Virus record (IMG/VR): IMGVR_UViG_3300035703_000009
Coordinates: 62,001-126,000 of that record
Direction: 5' to 3' (one strand)
Length of the DNA stretch: 64,000 nt
Each line of letters opens with the position of its first letter. Position 1 is the stretch's first letter. The notes under the pieces are model-generated. The model had not been told where the DNA came from. It ran no database searches and saw only the letters and a list, made by a program, of their open reading frames with translations. The translations under genes and the position numbers were made by a program. Shown piece after piece: positions 1 through 8,910 of this stretch.

Positions 1-264
1 GTCTTCACAGATCGGAGTTTCGTCGTCGTGTGCAGTAAGATCAGCACGACCGACACCATCACCAACATAATCCTTTTCGTACATGAACCACATGAACCAA
101 TCGAACCCATGGTCAGTTAATATACACGACCATAATTTGTGAACCAGATCGGCATATTGCTCGGTAAAATCATATAACTTGATGCCGAGTTGAAGTGCAG
201 AATCTGTCCTTTCTGTTTGTTTTACCATGAGATCGGTAAGTTCTTTGAAGTGAGTAAACGTCAT
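1..264 (-). CDS. Hypothetical protein, 3' end truncated by the window edge (MTFTHFKELTDLMVKQ...)
   Basis: ATG at 264 overlaps the TAA of the topoisomerase gene; the frame stays open to position 1. Confidence 0.7.
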   Translation of the reverse strand, partial: MTFTHFKELTDLMVKQTERTDSALQLGIKLYDFTEQYADLVHKLWSCILTDHGFDWFMWFMYEKDYVGDGVGRADLTAHDDETPICED

Positions 265-2135
265 TATTCTTGAGGTATGTTTAAAATTCTTTCTTTACGA
301 GGAGCAGAGTCAGCACCGAACCACACATTTAAGGAGTCGCGGTGAGCAATGTCGTTTTTGATCTGCACGATCTTGGGATCCTTAATGATCTCAGCATACT
401 CAAAATCTTCGAGTGCAGCTAATCCTTTCTTATATTCTATGTTCCAACCTTTTGATTGGCTTTTTTGTGACCATTGGTCAAACTCCTGATTAGTATAAAA
501 ATTGAGCACGTCCTTGCCTTTTTTTGCGACTACTAGCGGAGTCATCACCTTGTAGACTCTGCCTTGGTCGAAGAGCTCTGGCCAAAATCGGTTAAAGAAG
601 TTGATGAGTAGAGCAGCGATCGAGTTTCCGTCTGGATCGGCATCAGTGTAGATGTAGATGCGGCCATATCGTAAGCCTCGAGGCTCTTCTCCAAGCTTTA
701 GTCCTAATGATGCCATTAGCTGAACTGCCTCGTCGTTCTTGATGATCTCTGAGCTCTTCATTTCGCTAACGTTAAGGAACTTACCTTTGAGAGGAAAGGC
801 TCCCTGGGTTTGAGTATCGCGAAACTTGCGCACTGCGGAAAGGGCTGAAAGTCCTTCATAGATTCCCAAGATGCAGGGACCACGGTCTCCTTTCTTTTGA
901 GCGTCGATTAACTTTGGAATCTTCGTCTTATCTAACGTGCTGTTGAGCTTACGTAGCTCTGCACGTTCTTGGGCAAGTGCTTTCTTTTCTACCCAGTCAA
1001 GCACCGATTGAATAATCTCCGACTTAAATATCGCTTTAGCTAGCTTGTCGCTAACCTCGTGCGAGGTCTCGAACTCCTTGGGCTCGGTGATCAGCTTTTC
1101 TTTGGTTTGTGAGCTAAATGCGGAGTTGACTATCGTGCAGTCTATAAAGACCATCATGTGTTGGCGAATGTCGCTGGGTTTTACGTCAACTTTGTGCTTC
1201 TTTTTGATCATCTCACGCAGCTGTGCGATGAGCTGATTGGTGATGTACTCGACGTGAGTACCTCCGTCTTTAGTGTGGACAGAGTTCACAAAGCTTACGG
1301 TAGCGAACCCCTTTTCAGACTTAGCAAAGCCTATGTTCCAGTCCTTTGACTCTTCGTAATGGAAGTCGGTCGTGTAGAGCTTGATGTACTCTTCAAAGCT
1401 CTTAAACTTGATCGTGTGTTCCCAACTCTGACCATTGTCAGTCTTTGCAAACTTTAAGGTCAGCTTAGGGTTGCAGGCAACCACGTCCAAGCAGCGCTTA
1501 AAGATCATGAAATAAGTAGTCTCATCGATTGAGCTCATCTTAAAGCGCTCAAGGTCAGGTTGATACACGATTTGGGTAAATCCGCGCTTGGCTGGAGTGA
1601 TCACTGCTTTGCTGCGTTTGTGCATGTTATCAGTGAACTCCTGCTCAAACTTATTTTTTCCATCACAAGTAGCGATGAAGAAACTCTTACTGAAGATGTT
1701 GGTGAGAGTCGCACCCACGCCATTGGTTCCAGCAACAGTTCTCTTTTCAGAGTCATCGAAGTTTGAACCGGCCTTGAGATTGGAAAAGATCATTTCTGGA
1801 ATCCACTCTTTGTGCACTCGGTGTTTCTCGACTGGAATTCCACCATTATCCATCACTGAGATGGCGTTGGTGGTCATGTTGATTGCTACCTGGATCTCAT
1901 TGAGCTTTGGATTGCGACGATGTTCGTCGACCGAGTTAGAGATGATCTCATCGAAAAGCTTAATAAAGCCTGGATTGTAGGTCACCTCTTGCGACCAAAT
2001 CTTTTCACCGTCATATAGGTGTTGTTCATCAGTGTGCATCGAGGTCGAACCGATGTACATGAACGGGCGTAGCAGAACGTGCTCAATATCGGTGAGCTTC
2101 TGGTACTTTTCTTCTATTCCTTTTTGTTTAGCCAT
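264..2135 (-). CDS. Type IIA DNA topoisomerase, ATPase/TOPRIM large subunit (T4 gp39+gp60-like)
   Basis: EHVLLRPFMYIGS, GHKL motifs DEIISNSVDE and DNGGIP, GTNGVG, TOPRIM EGLSA, PLKGKFLN, DADPDG, YKKGLA. Confidence 0.95.
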   Translation of the reverse strand: MAKQKGIEEKYQKLTDIEHVLLRPFMYIGSTSMHTDEQHLYDGEKIWSQEVTYNPGFIKLFDEIISNSVDEHRRNPKLNEIQVAINMTTNAISVMDNGGIPVEKHRVHKEWIPEMIFSNLKAGSNFDDSEKRTVAGTNGVGATLTNIFSKSFFIATCDGKNKFEQEFTDNMHKRSKAVITPAKRGFTQIVYQPDLERFKMSSIDETTYFMIFKRCLDVVACNPKLTLKFAKTDNGQSWEHTIKFKSFEEYIKLYTTDFHYEESKDWNIGFAKSEKGFATVSFVNSVHTKDGGTHVEYITNQLIAQLREMIKKKHKVDVKPSDIRQHMMVFIDCTIVNSAFSSQTKEKLITEPKEFETSHEVSDKLAKAIFKSEIIQSVLDWVEKKALAQERAELRKLNSTLDKTKIPKLIDAQKKGDRGPCILGIYEGLSALSAVRKFRDTQTQGAFPLKGKFLNVSEMKSSEIIKNDEAVQLMASLGLKLGEEPRGLRYGRIYIYTDADPDGNSIAALLINFFNRFWPELFDQGRVYKVMTPLVVAKKGKDVLNFYTNQEFDQWSQKSQSKGWNIEYKKGLAALEDFEYAEIIKDPKIVQIKNDIAHRDSLNVWFGADSAPRKERILNIPQE

Positions 2136-3731
2136 TTATTTTGGAGCTAATTTTTTTATCTTAAGAGCCTCTAAAAAGTATTGAGGCACCTTCTTATTAT
2201 CTAATATCTGATCAAAGCACTCGTCGAGAATATAGGTCTCAGCCCAGTCCTCTTCGCTACGAACGCTACGTCCGTATGCTTGTAATAGGTCGATCAGGGT
2301 CTTCCAGTTATACCATTCCGGCTTGATCTCAAGTCTACGCTTGATTTTTTTACTCACCAAGTTTGGAAAAGGCACTTTAAGTATGACCTGAAACCTTGAA
2401 AAGTCGTCCTTTAAGTCGATACCGGTAAACATCGATGGAGATACTAATACTGTTTCTAGGCTCGAAGTTAAATGTGTCTCTAAAGATTTTTCTCTGGTAG
2501 CTGAGTCATGGAAGATGAATCGCTTGTCCTTGATTGAGGCCTTGATCCAGTTGCTTAGCTCATAGTTTGAGGTATGAACGATGCCTTTGTGCTTGGCGTT
2601 TTTTTCAAGGATCTTGGTCAAGATCGGAACTGCTCTAGCAAAGGTCTCCTTCTTGTTGTAGTATGACATCTTGCCAAACTTAAGATAGATGACTGGTCGC
2701 TTTTCGGCGTCAAACGGGCAGGGCAGGGCAAGGTGAGTCGACTCCTCAGCATCCACTCCCATGATGTAGGAGAAAAGCTCCTTATCGAGGATGGTGCCTG
2801 ACATAAAGATCACATGGTCGTAATTGTCCCAAAAGGTCTCCTTAAGGTAGATGTTACCCCAAATCGGCTCGACTAGGACTCGAACGTGACCATAATTGTC
2901 AAGCTCCTTTTCAAAGGACCAGTTAGTCTCGTAGTTCTTGCGATCGTTGACGAATCGATTGAGCTTACACATCGTCTTGTCAACATGATCGGCTTTTTGC
3001 ACTAGTGCCAGCTTCTTTGCCCTGGCCCTGATCTCTTTTGCTTCTTCGATGAGGTCAGCTGCCTTGGCGGCAAGCAGCGGAACGAGGATGGATTCCACCC
3101 AGTCTGCAGCTTCAGTAAGCGAAGTGATGTTGTCTAGGTCGCGTTCCATCCATGGTTGCCAGACGTCTAGTAACTTTAGGCTACGTTCTGAAAAGACTGA
3201 TGCGACAAAGTCACAAAAGGTCTCTTCAAAGGAATGAGCCTCGTCGATTATCAATAGCTTTGCACCACGCTCTGCCAGGAGGTCTGGCGAGTACATCGCA
3301 TAAGAAGTAATTAAGTGGAAATTGGTGAGGCTCAGCGGGTTCCTGACAAAGTGAGATTGGGCTATCTTGTATGGACATACTTCGCACTTGTTCTCAGTAG
3401 ACTTATTGAGTATGCTGGCATCGCCACAGCTCATGTTCTGCTTACGACACCAGTAATTGCCCTTGCCTTTTAGATTAGCGATAAAACTAAAGTCTCGGAT
3501 GTACTGGTCTTGCAAGATCTTGGTGTTGGTCAATACATCGATTTTTGCTTTCTTGTTGATGGTCTTGCGATACCACTCAGCAATCATGATTGCAGCGTAA
3601 GACTTGCCTGTGCCAGTGGGAGCATCGATCATCATGAACTTTTTGTCCCTGTTTTGAATTGAGTCCTTGACGAACTCTAAGATCTGATCTTGTTGAGGTC
3701 TGGGTGTGAATTCTAGTTTTATTTCTGCCAT
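2136..3731 (-). CDS. DinG/XPD-family SF2 helicase with probable FeS cluster
   Basis: Q motif PRPQQ, Walker A APTGTGKS, DEAH, MSGT, QAYGRSVRS, four Cys in WCRKQNMSC...CEVCPY. Confidence 0.9.
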   Translation of the reverse strand: MAEIKLEFTPRPQQDQILEFVKDSIQNRDKKFMMIDAPTGTGKSYAAIMIAEWYRKTINKKAKIDVLTNTKILQDQYIRDFSFIANLKGKGNYWCRKQNMSCGDASILNKSTENKCEVCPYKIAQSHFVRNPLSLTNFHLITSYAMYSPDLLAERGAKLLIIDEAHSFEETFCDFVASVFSERSLKLLDVWQPWMERDLDNITSLTEAADWVESILVPLLAAKAADLIEEAKEIRARAKKLALVQKADHVDKTMCKLNRFVNDRKNYETNWSFEKELDNYGHVRVLVEPIWGNIYLKETFWDNYDHVIFMSGTILDKELFSYIMGVDAEESTHLALPCPFDAEKRPVIYLKFGKMSYYNKKETFARAVPILTKILEKNAKHKGIVHTSNYELSNWIKASIKDKRFIFHDSATREKSLETHLTSSLETVLVSPSMFTGIDLKDDFSRFQVILKVPFPNLVSKKIKRRLEIKPEWYNWKTLIDLLQAYGRSVRSEEDWAETYILDECFDQILDNKKVPQYFLEALKIKKLAPK

Positions 3732-3753
3732 GCAAATACTATACTACATTATT

Positions 3754-4020
3754 TTAGCTTTGGTCTAAAACCCTTAGTCCATAACCTAAATCAAACCAGG
3801 AAAATTCTCTTTCTGCAAACTTCTTGGAAGAACGAAAGTTCAACTTGTACTCTTCAAGAAACCACTTTTTCCACTCTTTGTGCTGTTCTGGAGTGATGGT
3901 ATTGTTTGAGAACCATTCTTTGTCGGTCTGCAGCACAGACGAGTCGACACCAGCGATCTCGAGCTGTTTGTGGACTGCGACTAGCGCAAACTGCAGTTTA
4001 GTTAGTTTAGTAGATTTCAT
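3754..4020 (-). CDS. Hypothetical phage protein
   Basis: 88 aa ORF co-oriented and tightly packed with neighbours. Confidence 0.7.
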   Translation of the reverse strand: MKSTKLTKLQFALVAVHKQLEIAGVDSSVLQTDKEWFSNNTITPEQHKEWKKWFLEEYKLNFRSSKKFAEREFSWFDLGYGLRVLDQS

Positions 4021-4026
4021 AGTATT

Positions 4027-4245
4027 TTATTTTTTACTGCGATTTATGATTGTGTATGAACCACACATCTTTATTGTTCCATTACATTCACATGTAGATT
4101 TGAAAGTAATGCAGCCTGAATCATCAACTACGTAGGAATCAGTGCGATACTGACCTTTGGCATCGTAAATGAGATAACGACCAGATTTACTACACGAGGA
4201 GAATATAGTTAATCCTAAGAGGAAAATGATGAGTTCTTTTTTCAT
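4027..4245 (-). CDS. Small lipoprotein
   Basis: Start moved to ATG 4245 (MKKELIIFLLGLTIFSSC): basic N-terminus, hydrophobic core and lipobox Cys. Confidence 0.7.
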   Translation of the reverse strand: MKKELIIFLLGLTIFSSCSKSGRYLIYDAKGQYRTDSYVVDDSGCITFKSTCECNGTIKMCGSYTIINRSKK

Positions 4246-4247
4246 TA

Positions 4248-5039
4248 TTATGAAGATTGATTTAATTGACTTTTGAAATACCAAAGAGTTCGCCCATTCA
4301 CATCTAATATTTGATCATCTGATTTTCCATAGCACTTGATCCAATCAGCAAAGCCTCCCGAAGGCACGTTGAATGGATTCTGCCAGTCCTTCAACTGACC
4401 TCCTCCGATCAAGTAGGATTCAAACGGAGCCTGTGAACAGAGCTCAAGTATCTTTGGATTACTAGTTATGGCTTCTCGAGCAGTCACAAATGGATTTTGG
4501 TCTGCCCGATATAGGATCTCAGCACGTAAGTAGTTTCCGATGCCATTGAAGTAACGTTGGTCCATTAACACAATGTGAATTGGTCGATTAAAAGCGCGCT
4601 TATGTAGATCAGTTACAATGTTTTGCACAAATTCTTTAGGTTCACTAAGAGGACACGGACCTCGGTGTGAGACCCAGCCATCGCTCCACTTCCACCGTGC
4701 AAACCTGCGAGCATCGACTAGACAAAGTCTTTTGCCTGAAACTGCATGAAACTTTAAGTGAGCGTGCTTTGGAGTGGAAAGGTCATCAGCTAGTTGCCAG
4801 TAACCAGACATTCCCATTGAAGCTGAGATTAAGTATTGATCTTTGCCTGAAGAAAGGATTAGCATTAGCTCTTTGCCCCTAGCTTTAGCTGAGATGGAAA
4901 AGAGTTGTAAATTAGATGGTTGTACTAGAGAAAGTCGACGAACAACCTCAGGCGAGACTGAGATGCTGGTGAAGTCTTCGCCAGCACAAGAGTCATTGAT
5001 GTACTCGGACATGATCTTTATTTCGGCTAATTCTGGCAT
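4248..5039 (-). CDS. Fpg/Nei-family DNA glycosylase, NEIL1-like with zincless finger
   Basis: Start at 5039 gives catalytic N-terminal M-P-E; RGKE, GMSG, DARRFA, H2TH FNGIGNYLRAEILYR, C-terminal GRTLWY with no CxxC pairs. Confidence 0.92.
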   Translation of the reverse strand: MPELAEIKIMSEYINDSCAGEDFTSISVSPEVVRRLSLVQPSNLQLFSISAKARGKELMLILSSGKDQYLISASMGMSGYWQLADDLSTPKHAHLKFHAVSGKRLCLVDARRFARWKWSDGWVSHRGPCPLSEPKEFVQNIVTDLHKRAFNRPIHIVLMDQRYFNGIGNYLRAEILYRADQNPFVTAREAITSNPKILELCSQAPFESYLIGGGQLKDWQNPFNVPSGGFADWIKCYGKSDDQILDVNGRTLWYFKSQLNQSS

Positions 5040-5230
5040 TATGCTTCTTTTAGTCTTAGGTAAGTAGAATAATTGATTTGGGCTTGGATCCAATCGGTTT
5101 GAGGTCGACTATCCCACTCGATCCATGCGTTATGGATTTCAGAGTCTAGCACAAAAACCGACTCCATTCTCTTAATGAGATCGTAAAGACGATTGAGATC
5201 TTCTTCTTTGACCCAGATAGTTATCATCAT
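5039..5230 (-). CDS. Hypothetical protein
   Basis: 63 aa ORF whose stop overlaps the glycosylase ATG; preceded by a bipartite promoter motif. Confidence 0.65.
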   Translation of the reverse strand: MMITIWVKEEDLNRLYDLIKRMESVFVLDSEIHNAWIEWDSRPQTDWIQAQINYSTYLRLKEA

Positions 5231-5248
5231 GCCCTATTCTTTTGATTA

Positions 5249-5274
5249 AGATACTAAATTTTTTCCAACGGTTA
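5249..5274 (-). promoter_or_regulatory. Putative middle-type bipartite promoter TAACC-N15-GTATCT
   Basis: Partial match to the motif recurring upstream of replication operons. Confidence 0.5.
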
Positions 5275-5277
5275 AAG

Positions 5278-5285
5278 ATAAATAA
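5278..5285 (+). promoter_or_regulatory. Putative late promoter ATAAATAA
   Basis: Resembles the T4 gp55 late promoter TATAAATA; recurs upstream of structural genes. Confidence 0.65.
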
Positions 5286-5302
5286 TAAAAAATCTCGAAC
5301 AA

Positions 5303-5533
5303 ATGAGTAATCCTGTAATGAATTACAATCAATTCATGTCAGCTTTCAAAAAGGCTGCATCTGGCTATAGCGGCAAGGCAAACATCAAGAATGATGATGC
5401 TACTGGAACTGCAAAAGTTAAGCAAGAATTGGCTGAAGGCCCAGTTAAGGGTAAAGGAACGCCTCACATCGACAAGTACACTAAACAGTATCTGTCAACT
5501 GTGAAGAACAAGAACATTGTAAAAACTAAGTAA
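5303..5533 (+). CDS. Small basic hypothetical protein, possibly virion-internal
   Basis: 76 aa, Lys-rich, follows a late promoter. Confidence 0.7.
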   Translation: MSNPVMNYNQFMSAFKKAASGYSGKANIKNDDATGTAKVKQELAEGPVKGKGTPHIDKYTKQYLSTVKNKNIVKTK

Positions 5534-5539
5534 ATCCAA

Positions 5540-5794
5540 ATGCAGAGAGCAATTCAAACATTTGAAGAGTTCGCGCTTTATGAAAAGAAGGGTGATCTTA
5601 AGAAGCTAGTAGGCAAGGAGGAAGACGAAGAACTCACAGTCAATGATGCCAAGAAACTTGGAGTCAAGATTGCAAACATGGAAGGTGAGGAAAAGAAAAA
5701 ATATGTCGGAATCGTTAACTTTCTAGGGGCTTCGTGTAACCTCTACAATGAACTTTGGAAGAACTACAAGAGAGTCAGAGATCGTAAAGCCTAA
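5540..5794 (+). CDS. Hypothetical protein with capsid-targeting-like N-terminus
   Basis: MQRAIQTFEEFALYE leader; TAATG coupling to the next gene. Confidence 0.7.
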   Translation: MQRAIQTFEEFALYEKKGDLKKLVGKEEDEELTVNDAKKLGVKIANMEGEEKKKYVGIVNFLGASCNLYNELWKNYKRVRDRKA

Positions 5795-6609
5795 TGAGCA
5801 AACTTTTCGAAAAATATGGAGACGAGGCTAGCGCAAAAGACGGAGGTTTCGTCTTCCAAGCAATCATTAGCCATGATGTAAAGTGGGAGATAGTTAACGG
5901 GGAGACCAAAATAGACCCGAAAAAAATTAGTTCCACTTTACACCAAGTTGATGTTTTTCCCGATATCAAGCTTTCTGAAGGTAGTGCTCTTTCCACATAT
6001 GTGATGCTGAGCGAAGTCAACATTCTAAAGAGAAAATTTGAGCTGGCAAGCGAAGCCATCAAAAAGAGGCTTAAGCCCGAATATCGCCAAGAGGTCGAAT
6101 CACTAAAGGCCAGGGGACTCACCAGCGAACAACGCAAAGCGCTTAACCTGCGACACTTTCAAAACACTTATTATGAAGCATCGGTCGTGACCGATCGGCT
6201 AGTATTACGCGAAGTTTCAACCAGCGGAATCGACTCAGGCTCGCCGAGAATCACCTTAAAGATCTCGACTGGCATGGTTGACACGCTGGATGCCAAGCCA
6301 GCTAAGACTTGGGAGGCATTCACTATCAAAGTAGACGGATCTACTCAGCTAGTCTTAAATAACTCGACTGAAGCTATTTCTTCTATCCAAGAGTTTGATG
6401 AGATTGAGAAGGTAAACGATGTGGTCTTTAGGACCATCTTGCCATCTCTGCTACTAGAATTCAAAGGCGACCGAGTATTCATAGACACACTATCAAACAG
6501 GTCAGCTCAAGTAGCGGTAGGCTCGCTTACTGACTATGATAACCTGTTTACAGTATCGGACAAAACAGTAACGGGTCAAACTGCTCCGCCTGCCGCGATA
6601 AATAAATAA
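5794..6609 (+). CDS. Hypothetical late protein
   Basis: 271 aa ORF in the late operon. Confidence 0.75.
   Translation: MSKLFEKYGDEASAKDGGFVFQAIISHDVKWEIVNGETKIDPKKISSTLHQVDVFPDIKLSEGSALSTYVMLSEVNILKRKFELASEAIKKRLKPEYRQEVESLKARGLTSEQRKALNLRHFQNTYYEASVVTDRLVLREVSTSGIDSGSPRITLKISTGMVDTLDAKPAKTWEAFTIKVDGSTQLVLNNSTEAISSIQEFDEIEKVNDVVFRTILPSLLLEFKGDRVFIDTLSNRSAQVAVGSLTDYDNLFTVSDKTVTGQTAPPAAINK
6598..6605 (+). promoter_or_regulatory. Putative late promoter ATAAATAA
   Basis: 25 nt upstream of the tail tube ATG. Confidence 0.65.
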
Positions 6610-6629
6610 AACAAAATAATCACGATAAA

Positions 6630-7199
6630 ATGGCCGGATTACCACATTGGAATAATTCTAGAGCTGCTACTAACTATTACGAACCGATTTTCTTAAATCA
6701 GTTTGAGGTTATTATCACTCCACCTGCAGCAATTGCAGACAACGTTGACCTTTTGGTTGAGCACGTAATGTCTATCGGAGGCCTACCTGAGTTGACTCCG
6801 ACTGAGACTGTGACTCAGACATATAAGTTTGCTAAGCGTTCATACGCAGCAGCTGTTCCAGCAGACACAGTTGCGAACCTGGATATTAAGTTTTCAATTA
6901 ACTTGAACGAGGACAATAACATGTACATTTATAACATCCTCAGAGGATGGGCAGACCTCGCATACGATCCCCTGACTGGTCGTCAAGGTCTAAAAAGAGA
7001 CTACTATGGAGAAATCTATGTAGCTATCTTCAATAAGGCAGGTGACATCTTCAGAGAGTTTAGGTTTACGCCAGTAATCCCACAAGGCGGACTTACTCCG
7101 ATGGCTCTTGACTACTTGTCAAACAACCTTTATGAAGTGACTGCTAAATTTAGAGCAGATGCTTGGAAAGAGACTAGAGTAGGTCAAATCACCGTTTAA
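6630..7199 (+). CDS. Tail tube protein (gp19-like)
   Basis: 189 aa; EPIFLNQFEV, W..L.YDPLTG.QGLKRDY and C-terminal F.AD.W resemble myophage tube proteins. Confidence 0.7.
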   Translation: MAGLPHWNNSRAATNYYEPIFLNQFEVIITPPAAIADNVDLLVEHVMSIGGLPELTPTETVTQTYKFAKRSYAAAVPADTVANLDIKFSINLNEDNNMYIYNILRGWADLAYDPLTGRQGLKRDYYGEIYVAIFNKAGDIFREFRFTPVIPQGGLTPMALDYLSNNLYEVTAKFRADAWKETRVGQITV

Positions 7200-7215
7200 A
7201 ATAACTAGAACTAAC

Positions 7216-7869
7216 ATGGAAATGTTTAACGTGCATCGCAGAGATGTAATGAATTTCGATAACTATATGGACCTTAAGAAACCAGGTTTTGGCGGACCTA
7301 GCTCAGCTGTCGCTTTTAAAGACAAGAGCGGTAAGCGAGTTGTGGACAATCCAAAGCTACAGGAGTTTCAAAGAGTGGTCGAGAGAGATCCAATGTTTGC
7401 CAGCAAACACTATGACTCTACTTATAAAGCAATGACTCATGATGTCATCTACAAGCAAGAAAAGAAAAAGCCAGTAAAATACCGCGATCCTTACTTGACT
7501 GCACTACCTGTGGTCGACATTTCAAAGGTCGAAGAGAGCTTTGCCTGCACATCATTTAGAAAGTTTGTTAACGAGCAGGATGAAAGCGATTTTGAGTTGC
7601 CTGAGCTAGACTTTGAAGACGAGAAAATGCTACCTGGAGATCATGACGATAGTGAATACGAAGTAAGAGGAGAAGACTTTGAAGAGATGGAAGAACCTAT
7701 TGAGCAGGACGATGAGTTTGAAATGGATGAGCCGGACGAAAAAGACGACTTTTATGATGAGGACAAACCTCCAATGGAAAGCGAACCCACTTCGAAGGAC
7801 ATCGATGACATTGAACGAATGCTAAAATCCTTTGAAACAGGAGGAAGCGACGAAGAATACGAAGACTAA
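7216..7869 (+). CDS. Hypothetical protein with highly acidic C-terminal half
   Basis: 217 aa; D/E-rich tail after SFRKFVNE. Confidence 0.8.
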   Translation: MEMFNVHRRDVMNFDNYMDLKKPGFGGPSSAVAFKDKSGKRVVDNPKLQEFQRVVERDPMFASKHYDSTYKAMTHDVIYKQEKKKPVKYRDPYLTALPVVDISKVEESFACTSFRKFVNEQDESDFELPELDFEDEKMLPGDHDDSEYEVRGEDFEEMEEPIEQDDEFEMDEPDEKDDFYDEDKPPMESEPTSKDIDDIERMLKSFETGGSDEEYED

Positions 7870-7872
7870 AAC

Positions 7873-7900
7873 AAAGGCCGAGATAATCTCGGCCTTTTTT
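7873..7900. terminator. Bidirectional intrinsic terminator
   Basis: AAAGGCCGAGA-TAA-TCTCGGCCTTTTTT between convergent genes. Confidence 0.9.
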
Positions 7901-8303
7901 ATTTTACTTGAACTACTTGCACCTTTTCTATTTCCCGGATCTCGATCTCCTCTAACTCCTTTGATTTTATTAGAGTGTAATCGAACTTAATGTTCTCGTA
8001 TTGGTCCTCAATGAAGTCCAACGTGTTAAGGATCAGTGAGGTCGAAATGTTTGAGTTTAAGTAGATAACTTGCTTGTACTTTTGGTTCTTGATGTTGACC
8101 GCTTTATCTAGGAGTTTTTTGACCTCATAGTTTAGCAAAAAAGACTGTATTTTGTTTGGCACTATAAACTTAGTCTTAAACTTTTCTTTAATGATCTTGT
8201 TAACGTTAAGCACATAGTCTTCCTTGCTCTTCTTTTCAAATGCAGCAATGAAGTGTTTATACTCACGAACAAAGATTATGCTTACTGTTCTCTCTTCCAT
8301 CAT
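7899..8303 (-). CDS. Hypothetical protein
   Basis: 134 aa; ATGA overlap with the dCMP deaminase stop. Confidence 0.75.
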   Translation of the reverse strand: MMEERTVSIIFVREYKHFIAAFEKKSKEDYVLNVNKIIKEKFKTKFIVPNKIQSFLLNYEVKKLLDKAVNIKNQKYKQVIYLNSNISTSLILNTLDFIEDQYENIKFDYTLIKSKELEEIEIREIEKVQVVQVK

Positions 8304-8719
8304 ACTTCTAATTTTACGACGTCGACCCCAGCTTCCCTAAGTATCTGTAAGTTACTGACATCTCGATATTCTTCAGCATAGATCACCCGCTTGATTCCAG
8401 CTTGGATGATGAGCTTGGTGCAGTCTTTACAAGGAGAAAGTGTGACATATAGTGTCGCACCTTCGACGTTTTGAGTAGACCGAGCCACCTTTAAGATTGC
8501 ATTTGCCTCAGCATGTAATACATACCAGTGAGTGTTTCCATCGCAGTCTTCACACTCGTTATTAAAGCCTTTAGGCGTGCCATTGAAGCCGTCTGAAATA
8601 ATGGTTCCGTCTTTCACGATTATAGCGCCGACTTTTTTACGAGTACAACAAGAAAGAACAGACCATTGTTTGGCCATCTTTAAGTAAGTGATGTGGTATT
8701 TAAGCTCCTTGCTGATCAC
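8300..8719 (-). CDS. dCMP deaminase
   Basis: KVGAII, GFNGTP, HAEANAI and SPCKDC zinc motifs. Confidence 0.93.
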   Translation of the reverse strand: MISKELKYHITYLKMAKQWSVLSCCTRKKVGAIIVKDGTIISDGFNGTPKGFNNECEDCDGNTHWYVLHAEANAILKVARSTQNVEGATLYVTLSPCKDCTKLIIQAGIKRVIYAEEYRDVSNLQILREAGVDVVKLEV

Positions 8720-8909
8720 GGTTGGAAGGTTTTAGGTTATTAGGTAGGACGGCTGTCGCGATTACAATGATCGCGAGCCACTGCATGTAACTCAAGTCAA
8801 CAGCAAAGGTCTTGGCTAAGAATAGAGAATACATCACCCAGCAGATGGCGGCACAGGTGAGATACTCGAATGCTACTGGAAGGTATTTGATGAATTTAAA
8901 GTCTTTCAT
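8700..8909 (-). CDS. Small two-TM membrane protein
   Basis: Two hydrophobic segments in 69 aa. Confidence 0.65.
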   Translation of the reverse strand: MKDFKFIKYLPVAFEYLTCAAICWVMYSLFLAKTFAVDLSYMQWLAIIVIATAVLPNNLKPSNRDQQGA

Positions 8910-8910
8910 G

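Noticed and set aside
3741-3768. Additional bipartite promoter upstream of dinG (AGACC...GTATAG)
   Set aside because: The spacer is 17 nt and both boxes deviate from the consensus; too weak to list.
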